The notes below the pieces were generated by a model that saw only the letters and a program-made list of their open reading frames with translations, had not been told where the DNA came from and did no database searches. 64,000 nucleotides of DNA from the human T2T-CHM13v2.0 reference genome, Homo sapiens, in assembly GCF_009914755.1 (NCBI RefSeq), contig NC_060933.1. One strand, 5' to 3'. Positions within the stretch are counted from its first letter, which is position 1. Every line of letters begins with the position of its first letter. Made by a program: the position numbers and the translations under genes. Positions 39,603-52,014 of this stretch are shown in pieces.

Positions 39603-39954
39603 GTGTCTTTGTTATAGGCTGTTAGAACACCACAGACTGGGTGGCTTATAAACAATATAAATGTTATTTCTTATAGTTCTGGAGGCTGGGAAGTTCAGGA
39701 TCAAGGTACCAGCAAATTCAGTGTTTGGTGAGGACCTGCTTCCTGGTTCATAGACAGCCATATTCTTGCTGTGTCCTCACTTGACAGAAGGGACAAGAAA
39801 GCTCTCTGAGCCCTTTTTCATGAGGGCATTAATTCCTTCATGAGGGCACTGCCCTCACCACCTTCCTGCCGGTGGTTCCACCTCTAACTACCATCACATT
39901 GGGGATTATATTTCAACATAATTTTAGGGGGATACAAATATTCAGCCTATAGCA
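39603..39954 (-). mobile_element. MLT1A-like MaLR LTR
   Basis: CACAGACTGGGTGGCTTATAAACAA...GTTCTGGAGGCTGGGAAG...ATTCAGCCTATAGCA. Confidence 0.85.
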
Positions 39955-41819
39955 ATGTAAAAGAGTCAAAATGGCTATTAACTTTTGAGCAGTTATAATA
40001 ACATAAGTACTGTGTTATGTGTTTAACAAGTATTGCCTCATGTAATTCTAAAACGATGATGTGTAGATTAGCTTCTCCACTTGAAAGCAGATGTAATGGA
40101 AGATCAGCAAAGCTGGCTCACTTCAGGGCCACAGCTACTAAGTGGAAAAGCCAGGATTCCTACTCCTCTCTCACTTCCTGCAAGACCTAAGTCTTAACCA
40201 CTAAGCCGGATGCTTCTTACTAAATGGTTTAGTTTGGTTCGAGTGAGAAGATAGCTAATGTTTTGCAGAAAGCATGACTAATCCAAGATCTTCCAGCAAC
40301 TGAGGAGTGATGGAAGCATTTCTGATTCCTCTTGTTGTTGCTCTTTAGCAAATGGGTGAAACAGGTAAAATAAGTTACCAAAGCCTCTCATCTCTCACCT
40401 GGGCATGAATTCTATGCCTTTCCAATATACACATGCTGCCTCCTGCCTCAAATTCCAGGTGTTCCCTTTTACTAGATACTACGCTAGGAACCAGGGACCT
40501 AAACATTCAGTACCTGCTCTTCAAGAAGCTTACAGTCAAGTGTGAAAACAAGACAAGGAACAATGTTATTACAATGCAGCAGAATAAATCCTGTGACTGA
40601 GGTAGGTACATGCTAGATGTAGGTTGTCTAACCCAGGCTATAGGGAGGATTAGCTGATTTATCTCTGAGTTTTGAAACATCCTCAAAGCAAAGTAGTTTG
40701 GGAAGGGTAATCTGGTAGAATATACAGCATATGCAAAAGCAAAGAGGCATAGAAGAGACTTCAGGAGCAGTGAGTAGTTTGGGAGAGATGGGCACATGAT
40801 CCATAGGGGAGAGATCATGATGAGTACTGTGTGCTAAGCAGTGTGCATTTATTCGGTTTTTCTGACCTCCCAAAAATAACAATGTCCACTTAGGAATAGA
40901 GATTTTCACAATATACAAGGGAACTGCCCACAGCTAACCCTTATGAGAACTTGCTGGTCTTCCATAGGGATTTCGGCACCACCAGCCACCCCAGTGTGCT
41001 TGGCACTAGGTTAGGGACTTCTAGTCAAGTGATCCTTGAGGCCGTAGTCCACATACAACATCTGCTACACATTCTAGTCTCTCATGGCTATGATGCATGC
41101 CGGAGTGGGCACTGATTCTCTACCTACTTAGGTACGATTCTGTTTTGCCAAGGATTCTCCTATACAATGATGTCCTTCCTCCCTCCATGCTCAGGGAACT
41201 AGATAGCTGTTTCCTTTCTTCAGAGAGGAAGATAGACTCACTGTATAGTTACTATGAAGAGATTTAGCACCTTCCCGCCACCAGCATCTATGGAAGATAC
41301 AGGGGATGAGGATTCTTTGGGAACTAGAATCTAAACTTCTCGTTTGTAAGCTATTTTTGGATAGGAAGCAAAGCCACATGGAAAAGATTTGATAATGTTA
41401 ACAAATGACACAATAATGACTAGCGAAGCCAGGAAGTGTTTCTTTTTATGCTCAAATGATGCACTTCAGTTACATAGACTTCTGAGAAGATAGCCTTCCC
41501 ATTCTATCTAAAATGCCATTACATCTTCTAATATGCAACAAAATGCCACCTGATCCATAAATCATTCCTCCATATTTAGCCCAGAATACCGCTTTATATT
41601 TTAGTTTTATCTCTATTCCTTGATTACCCTACTTTGCCAGGATCCTAAGTAATTGCTTTCTTATGTTCCCCTCTCATGAGATTATAAAATAAGGAGAGCA
41701 ACATTTATTATGAACCTCTATGTGGCAGGCACTGGGATAATTGTTTTATAAATTCTTGTTCATGGAATCTTCCCAAATTGACTATGGGCAGATGTTACCA
41801 GCCCCATATTAAAAATAAA

Positions 41820-41953
41820 ACTGGGTGTGATGGCATGTTCCTGTACTCCTGTGACTCAGAAGGCTGAGGTGGGAGGATCGCATGAGCCCAGGAGTTCAAG
41901 TCTAGCCTGGGCAACATAGCAAGACCCTGTCTCTGAAAAAAAAAATAACAAAA
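41820..41953 (+). mobile_element. FLAM Alu monomer inserted in a MIR
   Basis: GGCTGAGGTGGGAGGATCGCATGAGCCCAGGAGTTCAAG...CCTGGGCAACATAGCAAGACCCTGTCTC plus A-tail. Confidence 0.85.
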
Positions 41954-42522
41954 ATGAGTAAAATGGAGGTTCTGAGATTTTAAACTCCTGGAGGGCTTAA
42001 AATTTATGCCTTTATCTAGCTCTGTATGCTCCACCAACGTGACATAACAGTTCTCTGAATATGGTAAGAACAAAGTGAGTTTTATTGAAATTCTTGGACT
42101 ATTTCTTTTCCCTACTGAAGTAAGGCAATCTCCATCCAAGGTTCATCTTATATTAAAAAAAAATATGCTAGGAAATCTCAACAGTGTTGTATCCAAGGAG
42201 TCAGAGCATTAAATATTTTGGGCTCCTGCCACAGGCATTTACTGTGAAGTAAAGGACATGTATTGTTCTGTGCTTCATCGTGATAGAACGCCAGCGACGT
42301 CATGAAATATTTTAGGATCAGATTTGCAACACTGTGCTTCCAAACAGCTGTGTGTCACAATGAGGGGCAGGGCCTGGGCATCTGGGCCACCGGTGTTCGG
42401 CTCCTTCTCTTCTTCTCTCTTGACCTTTAGCAGACTCCGTGTCTCTTTCCTTTGATGGAACAGCTAATGAAACACATCCTTTCCTTGAGTCAATCCCTGA
42501 TTTCAGAAAAATCTTCAGACAT

Positions 42523-42524
42523 TG

Positions 42525-42555
<31 letters not shown>

Positions 42556-42580
42556 GTGTGTGTGTGTGTGTGTGTGTATG
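42523..42580. repeat. Interrupted (TG)n microsatellite
   Basis: Direct reading. Confidence 0.97.
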
Positions 42581-43044
42581 TTGGGGGGATGGAGGGAAGA
42601 GTGAGGAAATAGTTTCCATTCAGTAGTCTGGAGCCTGATCTATTGGAAAATCCCCACCCCCCAAAAGGAAATGCTACAAGAGCTCTTCTTTCACAGAGTT
42701 TGGAGTGGATTCTTTTCTGTTGTGAAGTGCAGATGTGAAAAATTCACCTGTTCTCACCTATGGTCAGACAGACTGTTCAGACTTTTAAAACTGTGGCAGG
42801 AGCATTTGCTAGCCCTAGTTGCCAATGAGCTGGATATGTGGGTTTCCCCCACTAAACGGAACTTGGTCTTATGGCAATTATAAAGCCACATTGACCATAC
42901 TTGAAAGAGAGAGGCTGGGGGTGGCCCTAACGAGTTAATGGCAATGTTCAAGTTCACTTAACTTTTGTAATCATCCAGTTTGCAAATGCATAGCATCTAC
43001 TAGGAGAATGTATAATATTCATTAGGAGTTAAAGATGATAATGA

Positions 43045-43900
43045 GAATATTTATTCATTTGTTTAACACCTATTTGCCTGTCTCTTGCTATGCATTGAGT
43101 ATTGTGCTGGGAAGTGAGGAATTTAGATGAACCAGGGGGTTTGTCCTTAAGGGGCTCATAGCTTAGAACAGGAGACAGACAAGCAAAGTGACAATGGTAA
43201 CCCATTGTGATCAATGTCATTAAAGGGAAAGTACAGGATTTAGGAACTAATAGTGGCTCAGGGTGTGGGGAAGGAAGGCTTGCTAGAGAGGATTACACTT
43301 GAACAGAATCTTGAATATGATTTAGAGCTTGGAAGGAAAAGGGAAGAAAGGAGGCAGTGGGAGAGAGGCAGAGATGTCTACCCATACCAGAGTGTGAAGA
43401 GGAGAAACAGCATGCTGCATTTGGGGAAAGTCCATGGAGTGAGGGTCAGGAATGGAGGGAGGGTTTGGATGAGACAGATGAAATTGGCAGAATCTCATGT
43501 AGGACCTTGAGAGCCCTGGGAAGGATTTTGAACTCTTCTTTTCTAGAAAAGTTATAGGAGGCCATTTTTGGATGTCAACAAGGAGGAATAAAGATAGATT
43601 TGTGCTTGAAAAATATCATCTTGGCTATAATTGTGAAGCAGAATTGCAAGCAGATTGGAGTTGGAGAGACCAGTGAGGGGCTGCTGTAGTCATTTAAGCA
43701 AGAAAGGATGGTGGCTCAAACCAGGGTGGGAGTTGCAGGGATGGAGGGAATTGGGCAGAGTCTAGTGATATTAAAGACAAACTTGCAAGGGTTTGGTGAT
43801 TGATGGGATATGGGTAAAGAGTAGAGAGAAGTAATATCCTGAAATGGAATTGGCAGGTAGGGAGAAGAGGGAGAAGTGACTGTTGTTTGGGCCTGGTAGT
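43045..43900 (-). mobile_element. L2 LINE fragment
   Basis: TTTATTCATTTGTTTAACA start followed by purine-rich L2-like body (GGAGAGACCAGTGAGGGGCTGCTGTAGT). Confidence 0.7.
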
Positions 43901-44652
43901 TCCAGCTTAGGAATAGAGGCAATCGAAACAAAAAAATTCTGTTGTAGACCTGGCCTCAGCAGGAAACCGTGCCTGTGCTTTCCTTATCTCCAGACTTGGC
44001 CTGCCAGCACATACATATATCACCCTCTCACTTAAGATGGAGCTAACAGCAGGCAAAGTTCATCTCTTAGAGGCCCTTACCCTATTGGTTTGGCATGTCT
44101 TTATTCTCACAGTCCACAGCAGTAAAATAATAATATTGCTTACAGAGGGATGGCACCATGGTTAAGTGCATGTAAGTCAGACTGCTGGATTTGTAAATAG
44201 GCTCATTCTTAATTAGCTATGTGAGCTTGGACAAGTTACTGAAGCCATCTGTGATTCAGTGTCCACTTTGATAAAGTAGGGGCCATAGCTCTTATTTGAC
44301 AAATTTGTTTAAGAGAAAAAAAAAAAGCAGAATTATATGTACATGAGTAGGCACCTGATAAATACTGATAAAACAAATGAATAGTTCTTACCTTATTCTT
44401 GGTTCATTTTCTCTTCTCAGTATATAATACTGGATGCACTTTGTCTTGGGGATTCAGAGCCCTGCTTTCTTTAAGGGAGAAAGGGAAGTTGAAAGGTCGA
44501 TTAAAGTTTTTTGGAGAATCTGTATCCTGTGCTGCATTAGGCATTTTTCTCATGTCCTCTAACCTCGGATTATCATTCTAAAGTCTTTATCTCATCATGT
44601 TCCTTCCTGTTGCCCAAAGGATCAAGTTCAATTTTCAAATGTTGAGTAAGGC

Positions 44653-45003
44653 TTTCTAGAGTCTGAATGTTTGTGTCCTCTCCAAGTTCATGTTGAAACC
44701 AAATCCTCAATGTGATGGTATTTGGAGGTGGGGCCTTTGAAAGGTGATTAAGTCATGAGGTGGAGTCCTCATGAATGGGACTAATGCCTTCATAAAAGAG
44801 ACCCCAGATAGCCGCCTTTCTTCTTCCACTATATAAGGGCACAGCAAGAAGACACCAGGAAGGGGCCCTCACTAGACACTGAATCTACTGCTGCCTTAAT
44901 CTTGGACTTCCCAGCCTCTAGAACTGTGAGCAATACATTTCTGTTGTTTATAAGCCACCCACTGTATGGTATTCCGTTACAGCCACCTGAAAAGACTAAG
45001 ACA
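44653..45003 (+). mobile_element. MLT1A0-like MaLR LTR inserted in L2
   Basis: GTCTGAATGTTTGTGTCC...ATTTGGAGGTGGGGCCTTTG...GACTAAGACA; L2 sequence resumes to ~45460. Confidence 0.85.
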
Positions 45004-45859
45004 ACTTTCATGGCCCTTTGTGACCTATCCCCAACTTGCTTCTTTAGCCTTATCTCCTGCCTCCACCTGCTAGGTGCTGACTCTACCCTCTGCTTTAGAT
45101 ATGATATATTTTCTATTTATCAAAATGTCATGACCACATATGGCCCCATGCTAAAATGTGTGCTGTACCTTCTGCTGGGACTGTCCTCAGTTCTTACTCC
45201 TTAATTAAGGCTTTGCTCAAATATTACCACCTCTTATAGAATTGATCATTCTATCCTCTCTGATCCCTGGAACCTTGAGTTTTTTCTAATATAGAGCTTA
45301 TTGCAGAGCATCTCAATTATTTGTTGAGTTCATCTTTCCCTTAGTAAACTGTGACTCTTCAAGGGAAAAACCTGTACCTTCTTGGCCTTGGTAGCCCCCA
45401 ATCCTAACCCAGAACGTGGCGCAGAGTAAGTGTTTAGGAAAACTTTACTGAATGAATCAGTGGATAAGCCGATTCAAGTTAAAACTGAAGCAACAGTAGG
45501 TAGATGACATACCTTTTTTCCTCCCACCACCTTCTTGCTTTGCCTTGCCTTCACCCCAGCTCAGCAATCTGCTCAGAAAAGAGAGCATCAGAACTGACCA
45601 AAAAAGGAATGAATATCCTAAGAAATTATGCAGCTACATATTGCTTTGCTTGTGTTTCCTAGATAAGGCATTGATTCCTAGGCACTAGAATTATATACTA
45701 TAATTAAAGAGATTTTTTTTTTAAATCTATCAACAAAGACCTAGAGTTTGAAAATCTTTCAGTTTTCTAATCCAAATTAGGGAACCAGTTACACAGGGTA
45801 GCATAGGTCAAAGGGTAGGGCTATAAGACCTGGATTGGCTGGCTGAGGATAAATAAGGA

Positions 45860-47260
45860 AGTGTAGACTTAGTCCAATTGCAGCCCAAACTTGACGTGTA
45901 ACATTTATACTTAGAAAATGTGTCATTCTCACGTCCTTTATACAGATTTGTCCATCAGTACATTGGATTTTCTTAAACAACTACCATTTGATTCCCCTAT
46001 TATAATTATTGAAGTGAATTCACTCTGATAAAATACAGTCCTTAGTAGTTCGCTTTAATGCTCTCTAAAATATTCTTGGAAAAATATGAACCTTTTTAAG
46101 TTGACAAGTGCTTTTATTATAAAAGTTTAAATAGTTGTGAGGGATATAATGTAAAGTATATTGAATATATAGTCATTTAAAATAAAACTAACTATTATAA
46201 ATAGATTTAATGGATTGAAATTCCACTTTAATTTGATACCACCATTCATCCATTTAAAAATATACAAGTAGAATCTTCCCTAACAGTTGAAAACTTACAT
46301 AGTTCTTTTGTTTTCCTTAAATGTTTATTTCCATTTCATTTGCTCTATAGAAATGTTTCCTAATGTAGTATATTTTTTTATACTGGAAATTCTTTCACTG
46401 ATCATGTTGTTATATTATTCTGAAACAAAACATGTATATAAATTCATATTAAAATTTCTTTAATGTTCTGTAAATATAAGATGCTAACAAAACCCAATTT
46501 CTTCTGGATTAAATTATCATAACAATTATTAGATGTATACAACTGATCAATCTACCATACACTTATTAAAATTTTGCTAAATGTGATGTGAAACATAAGG
46601 TTTTATTAGAAATGCTTCTCTGAATGAGGTGAACTTTTTAAAAAATTAGGCCATATGTCTGCTGAGGAATATTCATTATTGCTAACGTGAGATGGTATTT
46701 CATAAATTTTATTTACTTTTCATTTTTTGGTTGTAAGCACTGAGAAACCTATTCACAAAAATAAGTAGATGGGAAAAGAAAAACTTTTCTTATAGCAGTG
46801 TTATAACTTCTTACCAGGTTGTATGCCAAAAATCACATAAAGATCAATCATCAAATAGGATTTTTAATACTTTCTCAGCTGACATTTTAATTAGGTTCCC
46901 CTTCAGTTTTGTTGTAACTAAAGCATTGAAAGTCATCTGACTTGCAGAATGATTTGCTGCAAGGTCATTAGTCATTCACTTTCTCAACACTTTTTCTCGA
47001 AAGAATTTTGAGTTGTACCTTTGTTTGGTCCCCCAGAAATTTTTATACCCCAAAGCAACTCGAGATGAGTGAGAGGTATGAATTCCATTTGTAAAGTGAG
47101 AGAAAAGCATTTACGAAAAAGGGACTCTCTTCAGATTCCTGAGAAAGAGTGCAAATGAAAGCTGAGAATCTGAAAATTTCCTTATCTCTGCCAACTAGAG
47201 CCCATGGAAAATCTTTGAGTAACTCCGGGGGTACTATGCATCACAGTCTGAAAATTATTA
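45860..47260. mobile_element. Degenerate AT-rich ancient element, possibly hAT-Charlie
   Basis: Long AT-rich stretch with a hAT-like end (CATCACAGTCTGAAAAT); family not resolved by eye. Confidence 0.35.
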
Positions 47261-48075
47261 TATGGGATGTACTTTCTATACTTAAATTAAATTTCCCCAT
47301 GGAGGCAGCATTGTTATACAGGTGACAATGAGATAACAATGCAAAGAAACCAGAAGTCAAGTTCATATCGACTTATATAGCTCTGTCTCCATAAGTCAGA
47401 AACAGGAAAAATTAACTTGTTCTTCAGCAATCTAGGTTGACTTCATGAACGAGCTGGCGTTCAAATGAATCCTTGAATTGTGGAAACAGAATGTTAAATC
47501 TGGAATGAACTTCAGACATCATCTAGTATGGAGAGGACAATTAAATGTTGACTTTTACATCAATTTGGATTAAATATTTGTGATTGCTTACAATTCTGTG
47601 TCAAGAAGTAGTCAGAGGAATCATCTGAGATCTGTAGGAAAGCATGTTGTGATTGATTAGCTATGCCTGTCAGAGGAAGCAGGGAGAGAGGGGCACAGGT
47701 GATCTGCTCTTGCCCCCCTAGGTACATAGTCCTTATCACATGAACCACAGGGAAAACTGAGGCTGACTGAGAGCAGGAAGCTTGACCAAAACTCCACAGT
47801 GAATTATTGCCAGGATGGGTAGAATTACATATGTTTTATTCAACATTTGGTGGTCATTGTAAATTTGGTAACACTTGCAACTGGAAAATTTGGGGATGTT
47901 TTAGAGCTGGAAGGGAGCAAATTCTTAATTGAGCAATACACGCTGTCCTTTCTTTCAGGCTCCTTCACATTTGATCTCTGTGCAATTTGATAAGAGGAGG
48001 AAATGGGCCGTCAATTATGAAGAGACTGAAAACCTGAAAATACTGAGTATGGTCTTAGTTCCCTCTCCAAAGGGA

Positions 48076-48173
48076 GCTCAGGAAAAATGCCAAGCCATAC
48101 AAGCCACTGATTACTCATCTAGCTATTGTTTCTACCTCACCCTGGCCCAGGAAGACAGATCTACTGAGGAAAG
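48076..48173 (+). ncRNA. DELEC1: Probable first exon of DELEC1 (DEC1) lncRNA, divergent from TNC
   Basis: Donor AAG|GTAATA with GT at 48174-48175 in unique sequence ~23.6 kb upstream of TNC, the distance at which I recall DEC1 starting. The 5' boundary is uncertain (~48076-48126). Identification relies on recalled gene order, not an alignment. Confidence 0.45.
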
Positions 48174-48409
48174 GTAATAGAGGCTGGCAAGGTTCCTACT
48201 TTTACATCTATCTGTAATATCCACTCATTCTTAGCATCTTGCACATCCACAGGGCCGTACAGGAGTCTTCTTGCCTTGTATTATTGAATCTTGGGATAGG
48301 GGTAGGAACAGACAGAGGTATTAGCAGAGATCCAACAGGATGTAAAACATACATGTTGATGCAGGGGTTAACTTTATGTATAATAAATAGATTTTTACCA
48401 TGCATACCA

Positions 48410-48745
48410 AACTGAATATTCCTTCCTCCTTTTTCTCTCAGACCTCTTTCTATGTGTGGCTCATTCTTTTACTCTACAACATAATGTTCAGTTGATTCTG
48501 GACTTTTTCTGTGACAAACAATGCTGTAATAAACATCCTCCTTGTGCATTCATCTGGGTGCACTTCTGAGAATTTATCTGAAGGATAAATTCCTAGAAGT
48601 AGACTGTCTGTAACATAGGGTCTATGCACTTTCAATTTCCATAGATTCTGCCAAATGGTTTTCTTAAGAGGTTACACCAATTTACACTCTCAGCTATGGT
48701 ATATGGTAACCCCTGCTTTCCCACAACCTGCCAACACTGGGTATT
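48410..48745 (-). mobile_element. L1ME-like fragment
   Basis: ACAAACAATGCTGTAATAAACATCC...GGATAAATTCCTAGAAGT...ACCAATTTACACTC...TGCCAACACTGGGTATT. Confidence 0.8.
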
Positions 48746-50230
48746 TACAAACATAAATAAATGGAGGGTTTGAATAATTGTAGTTTTGAATTAGACTTGG
48801 GGCATCCCTCTCATCTGCCCCAACTTGTGTCTCCCCAAAGCAACCTAACTAGGGGATGGCTAATGCCATAGACTCTGAGGCTTACTCAGAGCAGAGGCTG
48901 AATGCTCCTGCTTCAGTGGGAACAGGGGGTGTTTCTTCAGTCTGTGCCCTACTTGGCATCTGTCCCTGACAGACCCAGCCAGTGTGGGGAGCCAGCCTCT
49001 CTAACCATAAGAAAGAATGGATTGGAAACAAATTGATCTTTTCACAGCTGGCTGTTCCCCTCTTTCCCCTCAACTTGGACTCAGCTCAGAACAAGGTTGC
49101 CGATGTTCTGCTGCAACAAAGATGGCATTATTGAGGACTGCCTCTTTGGGGGGAAATGTCCTTCTCCAAGAATCGCCTCTGTAGTTTCAACTATGACAAG
49201 CCTGGAGACCGAGCATAGCTGTGCATCTCCAAGGGTCTCCAAAGCGACACCCAACTCTATCCGTCCTGTTGATGACCATGTACTCTTCTATTGGTGTCCA
49301 CAACTTTATTTAAATGATGTCAGATGACTCAATTCAACAGAATCTAACCCTTTATTCATCCTCCCTGGAGACCTGTGGTCAGTGGGCAGGAGAGTTTGGG
49401 ATTCAAAAAGAGGAGAACTGTGTGAACATAGGGAAAAAGGATCTAGTGTTTATTTCTAGCAACACCATTACTATTGCTGTCCATCCTATTATTCTGCATT
49501 CTTTTGCTTCATAGCATTTTTTTAACTGAAAGAAATGGCTCCACGAAGGCAGAAATATTGTTTAGTTTAAAACTGCATCATCAGTTCCTAGAATACCTCC
49601 TTATACATTGGAGGTGCTTGATACCTATTTATTGAATGGATGAATGAATTTCATGAGCACCTGTGTTGGACAATTTAATGTACATGATGATATTTAATAT
49701 TTTAACTCTGTGGGGTATATATATTATCTTTATTTATAGCTAACGAAATTGGGTCTCAGAGATTAAGTAATGCTTCCAGAACCACACAACTGGTAATTGG
49801 TAAAACTGAGATTTCATTTAGACCTGACTGATCCCAAACCTATCTTTTAGAACACTGGGATTCCAGTTTATCTAAGCTTAAGCTCAAAAGTATTAAAATA
49901 TTTTGCAATCAATGAGAGAAGTTGTCATCAAGGACATTTCCAGGTGAGCATGGTGTGTTCAACAGGAAGAGAAACTCCTCCATACTCCCACCAAAGTGAG
50001 CAAGTACCAAAATGTTAAGTGTTAATTAAATCTTATTCATCTGGGGACAAGCAGTAGGGTGAATTTATATGCATGTAGCACCGATTTTGAGCTAAGTAAC
50101 AAGGGGATTCTAAAAGACCCTTATGCTGACAATGAGTGAATGTAGGCAAGGGCACTAATATTTAACAAAGTTATGCTGTGTGCTAGGAACCATGCTTTAA
50201 ATTTATGATTCCACTTAATCATTATAATAA

Positions 50231-50857
50231 TTTCCTTTCTTTCCTCTTTTATTGTCTTGCCCTTCCCTTCCCTTCCCCCTTCTCTCCCCTTCCCTTCCTC
50301 TTTCCCTCCCCTTTCATTCCCTTTGTCCTTCCCTTCCCTTCCTGTCCCCCTTCTCTTCTCTTCTCTTCCCTCTTTCTCCTTCTCACCCTCCCCTCCCCTC
50401 CCCTCCCTTTCCCTCTCCTTCCCTCCCTTTCCCTCCCTTTCCCTTCCCTCCCCTCCCCTCCCCTTCCCTTTTCTACCCTTCCCCTCTCTTCTCTTCCCTT
50501 CCCTTCCCTTCCTCTCCCTTCCCCCTTCCCTTCCCTTCCCTTCCACCTTCTCCTCTCTCCTCTCCTCTCCTCCCCTCCCCTTCCCTTCTCCCCTTCCCTT
50601 CCCTTCTCCCCTCCACTCCCCTCCCCTTCTCCTTTCCCTTCCCTTTTCCCCTCCCTTCTCCCCTCCCCTCCCCTTCTCCTTTTCCTCCCCTTCCCTCCCC
50701 TTCTCTTCCCTTCCCTTTCCTCTACCCCCTTCCCCCTTTCCCTTCACTTCCCCTTATTTCTTTTCTTTCTTTTTCTTTGTTTCTCCCTCCCTCTCTCCTC
50801 TTTTTTCTTTTCTCCTTTCTTTCCTTCCTTTCTCCTTTTTTTCCCTTCTTTCTTTTT
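50231..50857. repeat. Polypyrimidine/polypurine tract, (CCCTT)/(CCCCT)/(CTCTC)-type
   Basis: ~625 bp almost entirely C/T on the plus strand. Confidence 0.97.
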
Positions 50858-51903
50858 AAATTCCCAGACAAGAATTTTGAAGTTCAGCTAAGGTAAGCCA
50901 CGCATAGTGACGGAACCAGCATTCAGATTTACATCTCTTGCTACCCATCATGTCACATAGTGTTAGGCAGAGACTGGGGTCTCAGTTGCCTAAGTAAAGT
51001 CATAGGCATGAAGGATGCTGCAGGAATGACTGAGTGGCAGGCTCCTGACAGCCTGGTTGATAGACCCCAAGGACTACTTGGGTTTTGGCGCCATGCCTAG
51101 TATGACTTTATCCTTTAACTGTTTCTCTTGTCAGTCAGCCCCCTGAGGGAGCCCTGTCTCCTCCTTGAAACTCTACTATAATGAGAGGTCTCCACAAGGG
51201 TTCCAGAAAGCCACACAATGTGCTGTGGTTTTCCCGAGAACTGGCTCCAAGGTAGTGCTCTGAGATCAGTCCTTCCAGCTCCCATCTCAAAGATCTTCAA
51301 ACTCCAGGCTCTCAAGGGTTTTGAGCTGCCAGTTATGATGAAATATTAGCACAGAAGAAAATATTTTTTTTTTCTATTCTGTGTTTCTTACCAGGACACC
51401 ATGGTTTCAGAATGATTTATATACTTTGAATATTTTCAAAAAATTTCTTTCAATGTTGTTCCTTCTTTAGGTATTTCTCTTATCACTTGGGCTCAGCTTG
51501 ATGCTTCTCTGGAATTTTTCTTTTTTTTTTTTCCTCCCATTTATAAAATACCAAACATGTGTCCCCAGTCTGGATCCATGTAACTGAAAATCATGGGGAA
51601 ATTCTTTATGTAAAAAGCCCTATAGATTGTTTCGGACAAAATCAACCCCAAAGAGTTTGTCCCCACAATATTTGTGAATAAAATCATCCCTCTGAAATAA
51701 AAACACCACCTTAAATAAAGGAGTTCCTCTCAAGCATTTTACTCTATATTTATTGTTTGTTCATTCATGCCATCATTTGAAAAATACTAATTAAGTATTT
51801 ACCCTGTGTTGGTAATTGTGCTGGGCACAAAGAACATAATAGCAAATCACATAAAATACCATCCTCAAGGATCCCATGTTCTATCATACTAGAGAACTGA
51901 GTA

Positions 51904-52014
51904 CAGCTGCTCCTCGACTTATGGTGGGATTACATCCCAATAAACCCATCGTAAGTTAAACCTATCATAAGTCAAAAATGCATTTAATACACCTAACCCA
52001 CTGAACATCACAGC
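51904..52014 (+). mobile_element. MER47-like TcMar-Tigger end fragment
   Basis: TA|CAGCTGCTCCTCGACTTATGGTGGG...AAACCCATCGTAAGTT...AAAATGCATTTAATACACCTAACC. Confidence 0.8.

Noticed and set aside
43562-43571. Perfect CArG box CCATTTTTGG
   Set aside because: Isolated inside an L2 fragment with no supporting motif context.
50121-50896. Four long ORFs (200-228 aa, Pro/Ser/Phe/Leu- or Gly/Glu/Arg/Lys-rich)
   Set aside because: Artefact of the polypyrimidine tract, which cannot contain stop codons; open in several frames on both strands.
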